From a bacterium (GTDB lineage Bacteria; Patescibacteriota; Doudnabacteria; UBA920), in NCBI GenBank assembly GCA_016699995.1, contig CP064996.1, forward strand, positions 330,357-394,356: DNA of 64,000 nucleotides. The letters run 5' to 3'. Positions 8,515-18,076 of this stretch are shown here, piece by piece. How positions within the stretch are numbered: the first letter of the stretch is position 1; every line of letters starts with the position of its first letter. The position numbers and the translations under genes are program-made. The notes beneath the pieces were generated by a model that had not been told where the DNA came from, did no database searches, and saw nothing but the letters and a program-made list of their open reading frames with translations.

Positions 8515-10491
8515 TTACGGATTAAGTCTTTCCATCACTTCTTCCGCGAGATGTTCGTATTTGACCATAGTCTCTGTCGTCACTTCTTTACCCTCGTCTT
8601 CGACGTCCTGGTAGAAGAAGCGGGCAAACTCTTCCGCGATAAGCCAGACTGGGATCAGCAAGGATGTTTGGGCATCTTTCTGTTTCCAGATTTTAGCTTT
8701 TTCGTTCACAAACATCTGGTGAACGGTTTTCTCGGAATCAGTGCCAAGGCTATGAACCATAGTGATCGCTTTCTTATCCGGGTAAAGTTGATGGAAAACT
8801 TTAAATTTGTAACCCATGATATTCAGCAATTGCGTTTCCGGATCAACGATCGGAATCACACAGGCGTCACGGAACGGTCGGCCGTCCTCGTAAGCGCCTT
8901 CTATGGAAACATAAAGTTCGCCCGGGCTAGTACCCACGGCAGTGGCAACTCCTTGCTTGCCGCCGCTTCCCACTGGTTCGACAACTCCTTCGCCTTTGAC
9001 AATCTTCCACCTTAGCGGGCCTTTTGCCAGGCCGACGTTGTAGCATGTGAGCTTGTATGGCTGCCCAACGAAGACGTTGGGACCGCGCTGAGCCGACAGG
9101 TACATCCGTTTTTCCGCTACGATTTCGTAGCTGGTCTGGGTGCCATGAGATTTTGCCCTCACAGTCACTGTCTTCCAGCCAGTCTTGTTGGTGGCGATTC
9201 CGGTCAGAGTCTTTTTATCCTTCGAGATGACGATCTTCTCCAGACCCGAATTAACAGTCAGCCAGTCTACATCACTGTATTTAGCATCTGTTAAGCTCGA
9301 ATCGATATCCAGACTTAATTCTACGCGATCACCGCTCTGATACTCACGCTGCGTGCCGTGAATTATGAGAGCCTGTTCGGGTTCCGGATCCGGATCAAGG
9401 ACGGGACGATATTCGCTCCCGCCAAACTCCTCACCGTAAGCCGTGGCCGACAAGTTGATGACTCGGCTCATCATGTCTTTGAGGCTAACACTTTCCTTTT
9501 TTACCTCCAGGTTGAGGCGGTCTTTAACTTCCTGCTCCAATTGGATAAGAAGCTCCACAAAGGGATTGACCATTTCCGAGTTGGTAATCTCGGGCGAAAA
9601 GGTATGCCTGTCATCATTGATGAACTGCCCAAAAAATTGTCTGCAGGTGATCACTCCGCTTAGTTCGGTCGTGTTGAGATAGATCTCGGGAACAAGTCCG
9701 CGGATATGATCCGGGAGCATGTTGACGAAATCGATCATGCGCACTTCTTCCCAACCGGTCGATGATAAATATACGCCATTATTGGCGGTGCTTCCGCCTT
9801 TGAGGGTGTAAATCTCAAAGTCAACTTGGCCTAGCTTTTCCTTAATCGGAGATTGAAGAAATGGCTTTCCTTTGATCTCCTTTGGGGGGAGTGGCTGGTC
9901 ATTAAGCTGAATGGCATCCATGAACAACAAGGGTACCTTTTGCGCCAGCCTCTTAGCCAGATTGTCGGTTTTCTTTAGTTGCTTAGCCGAGGGAGTGCCG
10001 GAAAAATCGTAATGAAGGATAGTTCCGGTTTCTAAAACTTCAGGCCAACTATTGTCCGTAATGATTACAGGCTGAATCGTCCCGTGCGAAAATACTTGCC
10101 GCTGATACTCAGCGGTGGGGATGTTGAACTGAATCACATCTCGCCCTTCAATAGTTTTCGTGGTAACGGTTACGCCTTTGCACAAATAGAGCATGCCCTT
10201 GCTGCCGGTTCCAAATTTCGAAGATTGAACTTTGGAGTCACCGCTAGTTTTGGCTAAGCTGCAAAATGCATTGCGGTTAGCCTCGACCATGCCCATGCCA
10301 TTATCGATGACTTGCACAAACTCCGGCGTGATTCTAATCCACACCTGATTGCTGCGCCAGTCGAAACAGTTCTTGATCAGTTCGATGAGGCATTCAATTA
10401 ATTGCTTGTTTCCGAACTTCTGCAAGAACAACCCGTCGCCGGCCTCCATAAAGATCGGCGGCACCGAAGGTTTCATTGCGTGTAGTGTCAT
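8515..10491 (-). CDS. GHKL-superfamily ATPase (HATPase_c_3/MORC-like) with long C-terminal extension
   Basis: Bergerat-fold motifs in order: N-box ELIKNCFDW, G1 VIDNGMGM, G2 SKFGTGSKG. About 450 aa of unknown C-terminal domains. 3' gene of a three-gene operon. Confidence 0.6.
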   Translation of the reverse strand: MTLHAMKPSVPPIFMEAGDGLFLQKFGNKQLIECLIELIKNCFDWRSNQVWIRITPEFVQVIDNGMGMVEANRNAFCSLAKTSGDSKVQSSKFGTGSKGMLYLCKGVTVTTKTIEGRDVIQFNIPTAEYQRQVFSHGTIQPVIITDNSWPEVLETGTILHYDFSGTPSAKQLKKTDNLAKRLAQKVPLLFMDAIQLNDQPLPPKEIKGKPFLQSPIKEKLGQVDFEIYTLKGGSTANNGVYLSSTGWEEVRMIDFVNMLPDHIRGLVPEIYLNTTELSGVITCRQFFGQFINDDRHTFSPEITNSEMVNPFVELLIQLEQEVKDRLNLEVKKESVSLKDMMSRVINLSATAYGEEFGGSEYRPVLDPDPEPEQALIIHGTQREYQSGDRVELSLDIDSSLTDAKYSDVDWLTVNSGLEKIVISKDKKTLTGIATNKTGWKTVTVRAKSHGTQTSYEIVAEKRMYLSAQRGPNVFVGQPYKLTCYNVGLAKGPLRWKIVKGEGVVEPVGSGGKQGVATAVGTSPGELYVSIEGAYEDGRPFRDACVIPIVDPETQLLNIMGYKFKVFHQLYPDKKAITMVHSLGTDSEKTVHQMFVNEKAKIWKQKDAQTSLLIPVWLIAEEFARFFYQDVEDEGKEVTTETMVKYEHLAEEVMERLNP

Positions 10492-10493
10492 AG

Positions 10494-11783
10494 TTATCTA
10501 TTACCTCTGCTACCTCTGTTCCGCCTCCCAGGCGGTCTGGTAAATGCTGGTTCAGTATGATGCGACAGCATGCTCAGGATATCTTTAGGATTCCTGGCAC
10601 TGAGTGCCTGTAAGCCGCTGATCGCCTCAGAAATCTCAGGCTGCAGTTTAGCGATGATCTTTTCACGCTGCTGCGGGCTCGCTGCGATAGCTTCGTTTAA
10701 GAAAGCGATCGTAGCGCGCAGCTGAGATCGAAAAGCCATATTGAATACTTCGCTGTCCGCAATCTTGCGATCGTGGGGAACGAAGTCTTCGGCGCTAACC
10801 AGAGCTGCCTCGGGTTCGAGTGAGAAAGAAATGGAAGTCCGCGCAACAGGCATAGCTGGCGCAGCTCGTTCGGTAAGCGGCTGTTCTGTTTCTGTCGAAG
10901 CAGTTACTTCACCTAAGAGCAGTTTAGGCGCCAATTTGATGAAGCTTTCCGCTGCGCCTGCGATCATGCCACGATTGTAGGCTTTCTTAAAGGTGGTTTC
11001 ACTAATAGCTATTCCAACTTGTAAGCAAGTTTTTACGACTGTGATTTTATTGCCATACTTAGCAATGCATCGGTTCGCTATCTCTACAAATTGATCGTGC
11101 GGGTTGAGGGAATCGAACGCGTGCGGAGCAGACTGCGCCACCGGAGAAATTTCTTCGACGGGTGCAGGTGGTTCCGGCGCTCTTTTTGGTTGCGGTTGGG
11201 GATTAAAACGGGTAGAAGTTTTCACTGCTTCCCAGTTTAATTCCTTAAAGACAGGATAGATTTCGTGAAAGTTTCTTTCGAATTTTTTCAGACAGTGGAG
11301 TGCTGGTTTTGAAACCAAGATGTTGTGGACAATCTTTTCGAAGCCGGCAAATTGGCCGGCGACGACATCTTTGCTGATGTTCATCTTTTGCATCTTATCC
11401 ATCGAGGTCGACCAAAAGGTTATTACCCCCGGCCGACTGATAGAGAGAGGCCCTCGTTTATCACCGCACTTTTCCTTGTACTCGAATATCAGAAGCAGGA
11501 TGTTATCCAGCTCCGGATATTTGGACCCACATGCCTTGGACAGTTCTTCCAAAGTTTGTTCTCCTCCAAGAGTAGCTTCTTTGCTTAGAAACTTGCTGAT
11601 CGAGGCACTGTTAACATTGGAAAACTGACTGAACTTAGCGATGTTGCCATGGAACTTTATTTCTGCCCGAAGGATGTCTTCTAAGCCTTCCCATTGCTGG
11701 GCTAGGACCAAAAGATTTTCTCCAAGCAAAATATAATCCGTTTCCTGCTGATGAGGCATTGCACTTTTGGCAGATACGGTCAT
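10494..11783 (-). CDS. hypothetical protein (429 aa), operon partner of the GHKL ATPase
   Basis: ORF separated from the downstream gene by 2 nt. Pro/Ala-rich linker in the middle. No recognisable motif. Confidence 0.45.
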   Translation of the reverse strand: MTVSAKSAMPHQQETDYILLGENLLVLAQQWEGLEDILRAEIKFHGNIAKFSQFSNVNSASISKFLSKEATLGGEQTLEELSKACGSKYPELDNILLLIFEYKEKCGDKRGPLSISRPGVITFWSTSMDKMQKMNISKDVVAGQFAGFEKIVHNILVSKPALHCLKKFERNFHEIYPVFKELNWEAVKTSTRFNPQPQPKRAPEPPAPVEEISPVAQSAPHAFDSLNPHDQFVEIANRCIAKYGNKITVVKTCLQVGIAISETTFKKAYNRGMIAGAAESFIKLAPKLLLGEVTASTETEQPLTERAAPAMPVARTSISFSLEPEAALVSAEDFVPHDRKIADSEVFNMAFRSQLRATIAFLNEAIAASPQQREKIIAKLQPEISEAISGLQALSARNPKDILSMLSHHTEPAFTRPPGRRNRGSRGNR

Positions 11784-11912
11784 ATTTTCCTCCCATTTAA
11801 AGTGTCAAAGTAGCCTTTTTACGCATCAAAATAATATGTATAAAGGACTTGTCAAAATAACATAAAACAGGCCAATGTCAATAAAAAACACCGTGAAAAC
11901 GGTGTTAAATTT

Positions 11913-13250
11913 CTAATCAGCCAGCACCCTGTTTCTGGGCCTGTTGCTGATGGCGATCATGGCACTGATGCTTTTGACCGGAGCCTTTTTTGGAAAATAT
12001 GCAGCGATCTGTTCCGTCTTCTGTCCCTTATGTGCAAGAGTCCGGATTAGCTGTCGACCCTGCGGAGTGAACTTTTCTTTCTCGTTCCAAAGCCGCGAAG
12101 GAGGTATGGCGCCCAGCAGCCCGTTGGGTTTTGGGGGAGCGGACTTAACCCTTTTAGCTACATGCTTCTCTGACTTATCGGCTACGCGCGCCTTAATTTG
12201 CACGCCCAGCAGCAGGGCTAATTCTTCTCGTACTTTTTTTGGCAATACTTCCTGTTTGGCAAGATCGCCGAACGAAGTTTTAGTCGACACGACTTGCATT
12301 TTATATTCGCTGTTTGGATGGCAAATATTTTCCAAACCTTCAATCATTGCTTCGACAACATCCTGCAGGGTTTTTGCCTTTTTATCTTCCAGCTTCATGA
12401 ACTGGCAAAGCTGTGTCCAATTACTATTACGATAAGCTGCGAATCGAACCATAGTTGGGGCGTTTTTCAACTGAGCAGAGTTGATTCTCGACCTCAACCG
12501 ATATTGCATTGCCGCATTGCAAACCTTTTCCCAGGTCAAAGCGCCTTTGGCGAGCAATGTTTCTTTCCAAAATTTATCCGGGATCCGATCCAGGCCCATG
12601 ACCTTGGCTCGCAATGGGTAATTCACCTTGACGATAATTTGCAGTACCGCATGAACCCAGTGCATAAGACGGAAAGCATGATTGAAAGCTACTTGCCTGT
12701 CGTAGCCCATGCTGATAAATTTTAACACCAGATTTTCTATGACCGTTTTGAACTGAGGATCGTACATCATCAGCCAGACTGCAGGCTGCAGAATGCGCAG
12801 CAGTACATGATGATCTCGTCCTGCTGTGAGGTAAGTGCCAATGACTGTTTTGCGCTGTAGTTTAGACATGCGGATAACCTTTTCGAATTGGGGCAGAATA
12901 TTATTCTGCAGCGATCCGTCTATATCTAAGTTGAAAATCTGAATTTGCTGTCCGCGGTCGAGTAGAAACAGCAAGTAGTCATTGAGGTCGTAGCGGAAGA
13001 GCTGAATTTTATGATTCAGCGGCTCACTCAAATTCCATAAATGGAGATCTAAATAGACCTTTTTGTCATGCTCAACGCAAGTGACTCTCTGTCGAGAGAT
13101 GCCCAAACCATCAAGATGGGGAATCTCCAAACGATCTTTGCCGAGCAATACTACGGCCCGCGCGGATCGCAGATCTCTTGCCGAAAATGACTTGCGGACA
13201 AAGTCGTAAAACATATCCCGTGATGCATCTTTGGCAGGGGAATTTTCCAT
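11913..13250 (-). CDS. hypothetical protein (445 aa), first gene of the GHKL operon
   Basis: Long ORF on the same strand 130 nt upstream of the 429-aa gene. Basic C-terminal tail. Confidence 0.45.
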   Translation of the reverse strand: MENSPAKDASRDMFYDFVRKSFSARDLRSARAVVLLGKDRLEIPHLDGLGISRQRVTCVEHDKKVYLDLHLWNLSEPLNHKIQLFRYDLNDYLLFLLDRGQQIQIFNLDIDGSLQNNILPQFEKVIRMSKLQRKTVIGTYLTAGRDHHVLLRILQPAVWLMMYDPQFKTVIENLVLKFISMGYDRQVAFNHAFRLMHWVHAVLQIIVKVNYPLRAKVMGLDRIPDKFWKETLLAKGALTWEKVCNAAMQYRLRSRINSAQLKNAPTMVRFAAYRNSNWTQLCQFMKLEDKKAKTLQDVVEAMIEGLENICHPNSEYKMQVVSTKTSFGDLAKQEVLPKKVREELALLLGVQIKARVADKSEKHVAKRVKSAPPKPNGLLGAIPPSRLWNEKEKFTPQGRQLIRTLAHKGQKTEQIAAYFPKKAPVKSISAMIAISNRPRNRVLAD

Positions 13251-13447
13251 GGCTATAAGCCCTCCTAAGTGTTGTGTTCTAACCGTACATTTTTATGTAC
13301 GGCAGTTTCATTTCATGGTAACCCTGGGGCAATCATTTGTAAAGAATTTTTTAATTTTATTAATAAATAGAGGGGTCTGCATTGACAAAACTCATTTTTT
13401 ATGCCACAATTTAATCAATTAAATTACTACTCTGATATAATTTACTT

Positions 13448-14188
13448 ATGTACGAAAAAGAACTCCAAAATTTAGGCCTTTCCGAAAAGGAAGCTAAAGT
13501 TTATGCAACCTCTTTAGAGTTAGGTGCGGACACAGCCCAGAATATTGCTAAGCAGTCCGGCATTAATCGTGCCACAACTTATGTGCAGATTAATGAACTT
13601 ATAGAAAAAGGCTTAATGAGCGAGTTTGAAAAAGGCAAGAAGACTTATTATATAGCAGAATCCCCAAACCGCCTTAAGAACCTATTGGGGGTAATAGAAA
13701 AAGAATTGGAGTTGAAGAAGTCCCAGGCCAATGCGGTTATTCCAAACTTGCTTTCCATGTTTGACGGAATGGGCGAGCGGCCAAAAGTTCGTTTCTTTGA
13801 AGGCTTGGAAGGCGCCCGTGCCATGCGCGACGACTTTCTAAAGAGCAAAGATAAAATGATTTACTCTATTATCGATTACGATAAGCTCTTTAAATACTTT
13901 CCCGATCAGCAGGAAAATTATACAGATCATAGGGCCAAAAAGAAGGTCAGAACTCGAGTATTTTACGTAAGCCAAAAACCGGTTAAAGATGCTAACAGCA
14001 AGCAGTACTTGCGTGAGGCAAAGCATATTCCAGCCGATAAAATTAATATCGGCGCCTCTTTTACCATTACTGACAATAAGATTTCTGTGTCGACATATTC
14101 GCATAAGCCGATTGGGATTATTATCGAGAGCGAGCAAATCGCCAATACCTGCCGTTCTATGTTCGAATTTTTCTGGGCTCAATATTAG
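13448..14188 (+). CDS. TrmB-family transcriptional regulator
   Basis: N-terminal winged HTH typical of TrmB (LGLSEKEAKVYATSLELG...QNIAKQSGINRATTYVQINELIEKGL). Divergent from the GHKL operon. Confidence 0.6.
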   Translation: MYEKELQNLGLSEKEAKVYATSLELGADTAQNIAKQSGINRATTYVQINELIEKGLMSEFEKGKKTYYIAESPNRLKNLLGVIEKELELKKSQANAVIPNLLSMFDGMGERPKVRFFEGLEGARAMRDDFLKSKDKMIYSIIDYDKLFKYFPDQQENYTDHRAKKKVRTRVFYVSQKPVKDANSKQYLREAKHIPADKINIGASFTITDNKISVSTYSHKPIGIIIESEQIANTCRSMFEFFWAQY

Positions 14189-14276
14189 GACATTTTGCAG
14201 AATCCTCAAGAGGATTGCTACGTAGAACCATAGCACTGCATTTTGTCCAATAATAAGCCTTTTTATTCAAATTTTA

Positions 14277-14308
14277 AAAACTGTCAAAGACTCTTGACAG
14301 TTTTTTAA
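14277..14308. terminator. bidirectional terminator after the TrmB-like gene
   Basis: aaaaactgtcaaagactcttgacagtttttta hairpin with flanking A and T runs. Confidence 0.55.
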
Positions 14309-14398
14309 TTTTATGATATTATTCTACACGGTTTAAAGATGTCTAGCACCGGCTAGGCATAAACATCCGTTACTAGGACTTTTCACTCAGGAGGTGAA

Positions 14399-14560
14399 TC
14401 ATGAAAGGTGGTAGCTGGTAACGGGGCCTTCCGGGGCCCCTAACCCCAATTATCAATGCTTTTCGTGAGGAACCGAGTCTGTGAAGATGTAACTGCAACT
14501 GCAGAAGGAGGCAAAAATATGAGTAAGCTTTATTCTTGTTCAGGCAACGTCGGCTGGTAA
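14399..14560 (+). other. two tiny ORFs with canonical SDs (MKGGSW, 6 aa; MSKLYSCSGNVGW, 13 aa)
   Basis: aggaggtgaatcATG...taa (14399-14419) and gaaggaggcaaaaatATG...taa (14519-14560). A GC hairpin ggggccttccggggcccc lies between them. Confidence 0.3.
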
Positions 14561-14751
14561 ACCAAAAGTTTGGAACACCGGCGCAACCTGTTGGCAAAAG
14601 AACGTTCATATTTTGTCGAAAATTCAGAACAGACCGCTTTTACGGACCAATGATACCGTTTTTGCGGAAGGCCGTTCTGTGTTCGAACAGGATCGCTGGG
14701 AAACCAGCCAAAATTTTCGCGCTATTGGCGCGAACGAGCTTATTGGAAACC

Positions 14752-14800
14752 AGAACATACAAGGCGTTTGATCACACGATGTGACTCAAACGCCTTTTTC
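14752..14800 (+). terminator. rho-independent terminator
   Basis: caaggcgtttgatcacacgatgtgactcaaacgcctttttctttt. Confidence 0.55.
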
Positions 14801-15620
14801 TTTTGCTTAAAATTTATTAAGTTAAGCTAAAATATCATAATATATACTAAATTTATACCTTAAATAAGCGTAAAAATGAATTTTAGGATTTTTTTGTCAA
14901 TTACTCTTGACAGAATTAAAAAAGTTTGCTAATCTGGAATGTAAGCTGAAATTTGTCAAAAGAATATAACACTTTTTTAAAGCTCGTATTCATCCGAAAT
15001 TAGTAGGATAGGATGATGCTGGCAGGCGACTGAGCTCCACGGGGCTAATAATAATATCAATGTTCGCCGCACAGCATATTGAGTCATATAAAGGGTGTTA
15101 TAAACTGGCTGGCAAAGATCAGCTTTTTAAAATGCTCAAGTCTGTCTGCGGTGGGGACCGCGCATACAATCAATTTGGATGTGCCGGTTATCAGCTTACC
15201 TCATTTGCAGGCAGTCTGGCGGGAGTTTAGTAATCTAAAGTTCTTGCCGGACTGCTTGTAACATAGCGGGCAGTAAAAATTTCAAATCAAAAATAAAAGG
15301 AGGGGTATTTACTGACACAATACTCCTGCACAACATCCTAATGTGATGTCCTTTCTTGGTTAGCTGCCGAGAAAAAGTGCCGCCCTAAGAGCCGGGCAAT
15401 AGGAGAGTCTGTGGTGGACCTCCGAAAAACATATGGCTGATGAGGTGGAGCACCACTCTGCTATGTGTCACTTCCGCCCAAACTTTGTTTGGGCACCTTT
15501 TCCAGAACAGAAATTATTTTGTGTTTTGAAAAAGGCGAAAGCCAACTTTCCGGACACTTGACCTTACGCATAAGCCACAGGCGCGTCGGCAAGAGACAGA
15601 AGAAAGTTACAGGAGGATCT

Positions 15621-15914
15621 ATGAGCAACAATAACCCTATCCCAAACTTTGAAACAGTTGGTTTTGCGGCGGTTGAGCGGTGGTCGAATCCTCGCAGGGT
15701 TCGCGTGGCCGGCAACATGGTAGCCCTGACAGTCAATAACTGCGACTCTGACTGCAGTACTTGCCGCAGGCGAGTGAGTCAGGTTAGCGGTCTGCTGGAA
15801 GGAAAGCCGCATCGATGGCATCGTCATAACGAAGTAGTTTTATTCGGTTATGACGGGTCGATAACAGCCGACAAGTTTCTGACCCGGGAACTTGGCATCC
15901 CTGTAGTGATATAG
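15621..15914 (+). CDS. hypothetical small Cys-containing protein (97 aa)
   Basis: ACAGGAGGatctATG start, which is internal to the longer ORF in the provided six-frame track. Followed by hairpin gcccgaacgcaatttgttcgggc. Confidence 0.45.
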   Translation: MSNNNPIPNFETVGFAAVERWSNPRRVRVAGNMVALTVNNCDSDCSTCRRRVSQVSGLLEGKPHRWHRHNEVVLFGYDGSITADKFLTRELGIPVVI

Positions 15915-16803
15915 GGCTCTGTCAGAAAGATGGGTGTTAGTTTTCTTGCCCGAACGCAATTTGTTCGGGCCTATTCTTGAGGACATTAAAGATAGTGTTC
16001 TCAAAGATAGTTCCTTAAAAAGCTTTCCAGGACAAAAATTTAATTCTTAATTTTAAGCATTAGGTTTTTGCCCTGGAGAGCAAGACAGTAGAGCAATCTA
16101 CGATAGGTTTAGCATATTACACAGTGCTAGGCCCGGGATGTCCCGAAATCTCCACGAACTTGGATACGCTGAAGGAGCCTAAGCAACTCCTACGCTCAGC
16201 CTTACAGGTTTGTCCAGAGAGTTTGGCGACTCTCGAAGGAAGTTAGAAGATGATTTGGCTCTAGGGAATAAGCACCCCGACGAGTAATTACGAAGTAGTG
16301 CCTCGGCATGAAAAGTAGTTGGCCGCCAAGCCCAAGGAATCGGAAAGTTGGTACAGTCTCGGTCGCCTTCCGCAAGAAGGTCCGCGCCTGTAAGTCTCCT
16401 TACCAACATTGTGTCGCTACAACCATATGAAAACATTGGTTGAAGGGCAAATAGGAGAATAGGTCTTGAAGCGTTGAGCCATACCGTAAACTTCTCTTCG
16501 GAGGGGGGAAAAACGGGACTCTGGAATGCCTCCAGAGATACAGCCAAAGCCTTGATCAGGTTAGTAACTGTAATAAGCTTCAAAAAGCCCATTAGGGTGA
16601 CCGAAACGGTTGTTAGTGACTGCTTCGAAAGAAGTGTGGTAACTGACGGGTTAAAAGGAATGGGCGGTATCCAATGCCGAGGTGAAAATGTCTCGGTTAG
16701 CGCCGAGAAAGATCCATTCCAAGAAAAAGATATTTGCCTTAGTCTTTTTCAAAAATTTTAAAACATAATTCAGGTTTACAAAAAATTCAGGAGGACACAA
16801 TTC

Positions 16804-17049
16804 ATGAACAAGGTTACGGAAAAGTCTACTGTCAAGCTCGAGCTTGCGGTCGAGTTCGAACTTGCCTACATGGTGAGGAAGAACCCGGCGCTTCGAGCCA
16901 AGAGCGTGGAGGACCATCTCGCTTTTGCTGTAAAGCACAAACGAGTCGGCGCCAAAACGGCAAAACAGTATCGCGCAACCAAGCGGTACGGTTCTCTGCT
17001 TATCGGCTTTAATAACCGGCAGGCAAGAATGGCAAAACCCAGTAAGTGA
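16804..17049 (+). CDS. hypothetical small basic protein (81 aa)
   Basis: Strong SD AGGAGGacacaattcATG. Confidence 0.45.
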   Translation: MNKVTEKSTVKLELAVEFELAYMVRKNPALRAKSVEDHLAFAVKHKRVGAKTAKQYRATKRYGSLLIGFNNRQARMAKPSK

Positions 17050-17102
17050 CTGGTCCGTGGACTGATAATGATCGCACGGGATACTTGTTCGGAGGTAAAC
17101 CA

Positions 17103-17291
17103 ATGAACCATCGAGTGCGAGGCCCGCGCTTCAACTTTCGGATCGTCAATGCATGCTTTAAGGCATTCATGCGGCATAATCCGGGATTGAAGCAGGAAAC
17201 CTTCAATGCTCAGCTTGGTAGAGCCGTTGAGGCAAAGGTTATGTCCTATCGGGACATGCTCCTTTACCGAGACCTCTACGTTAAGCGGTAG
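17103..17291 (+). CDS. hypothetical small basic protein (62 aa)
   Basis: GGAGGTaaaccaATG, internal start of the 17046 ORF in the provided track. Confidence 0.4.
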   Translation: MNHRVRGPRFNFRIVNACFKAFMRHNPGLKQETFNAQLGRAVEAKVMSYRDMLLYRDLYVKR

Positions 17292-17530
17292 GAGGATTTC
17301 TCACCCCAGAGCTTAGTCGGGACTGGGGGATACCCAATACATGATGCGCTATAAGAGACTAAAAAGCGCGAAGCAGAACGTTACTGCGGAAAAATTGCAT
17401 GGGCCGGCTGTCACTGTCGTGAGATAGGGTGCCGTGAAATTAATAAGCAACTGCTACTGGCAGCAACCAGTAAACCTCTTCGCTCAAGTAGGTATAAACC
17501 TTGAGCATTTTCTTGAAAACAGAACTCCGG
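17292..17530 (+). repeat. copy A of a ~235-nt conserved structured intergenic element (3' UTR or sRNA-like) ending in a terminator hairpin
   Basis: Aligns over its full length with 17806-18045. Both copies share a ccccagagcttagtc-N-gactgggg hairpin and a gctcaag-N-cttgagc hairpin followed by a T run. Two inner hairpins show compensatory changes: gcag/ctgc vs gtag/ctac, and tactgg/ccagta vs attacc/ggtaat. Confidence 0.55.
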
Positions 17531-17616
17531 TTGTGCTTTCGAGATTTTAAATCCAGTATGTTACTGGTCTGCGGACTGATAAGGATCGCGCAGGATATCA
17601 ATACAGGAGGGAATAA

Positions 17617-17803
17617 TATGGGAATGAGAATGGTCAGCAGGGCCATTAACTTCGAGAGCGAATACAGGGTAAGTATTCCGCAAACATTTCACTCGCCCGA
17701 TTGCGTCAACTGCGGTTGGCGTCATGACGAAACGAATGAAGGTTGTTCTGCGGAGTGCGAGACCGAGTATATCGACCTCTCCGAGAGTTTGCGCGATCAG
17801 TAG
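17617..17803 (+). CDS. hypothetical Cys-rich small protein (62 aa)
   Basis: CAGGAGGGaataatATG. Contains CVNCGW...GCSAEC. Confidence 0.4.
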
Positions 17804-17805
17804 CG

Positions 17806-18045
17806 TATAATTTCTCACCCCAGAGCTTAGTCAGACTGGGGCACTCAATCTAAAGCGTAATAAAAGACTAAAAAACGCGAAGTAGTATGTGACTACGGAA
17901 AAAGATTGAGCGTGAATGCGATTAGCACCGCATGAGCGAATTAATAAGCAGCCGCCATTACCCGGCCGTTGGTAATAGCCTTATCGCTCAAGTAGGCAAA
18001 AAATCTTGAGCATCTTTTTGAGAACAGAACCATTGGGGTTGTGTT
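17806..18045 (+). repeat. copy B of the ~235-nt conserved structured element
   Basis: See copy A. Follows the stop codon of the 62-aa ORF exactly as copy A follows the previous ORF. Confidence 0.55.
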
Positions 18046-18076
18046 CTGAAATTTTTTGGAAATCTATAGGAGAGAT

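Noticed and set aside
14373-14784. 78-aa minus-strand and 82-aa plus-strand (TTG-start) ORFs overlapping the tiny-peptide region.
   Set aside because: Mutually overlapping. No SD. Alternative start codons only. The region contains promoter, hairpin and terminator signals for a plus-strand short transcript.
16179-16761. 137-aa minus-strand and 95-aa plus-strand ORFs in the 850-nt gap.
   Set aside because: No ribosome-binding sites. They overlap each other and lie in a region better explained as structured non-coding RNA.
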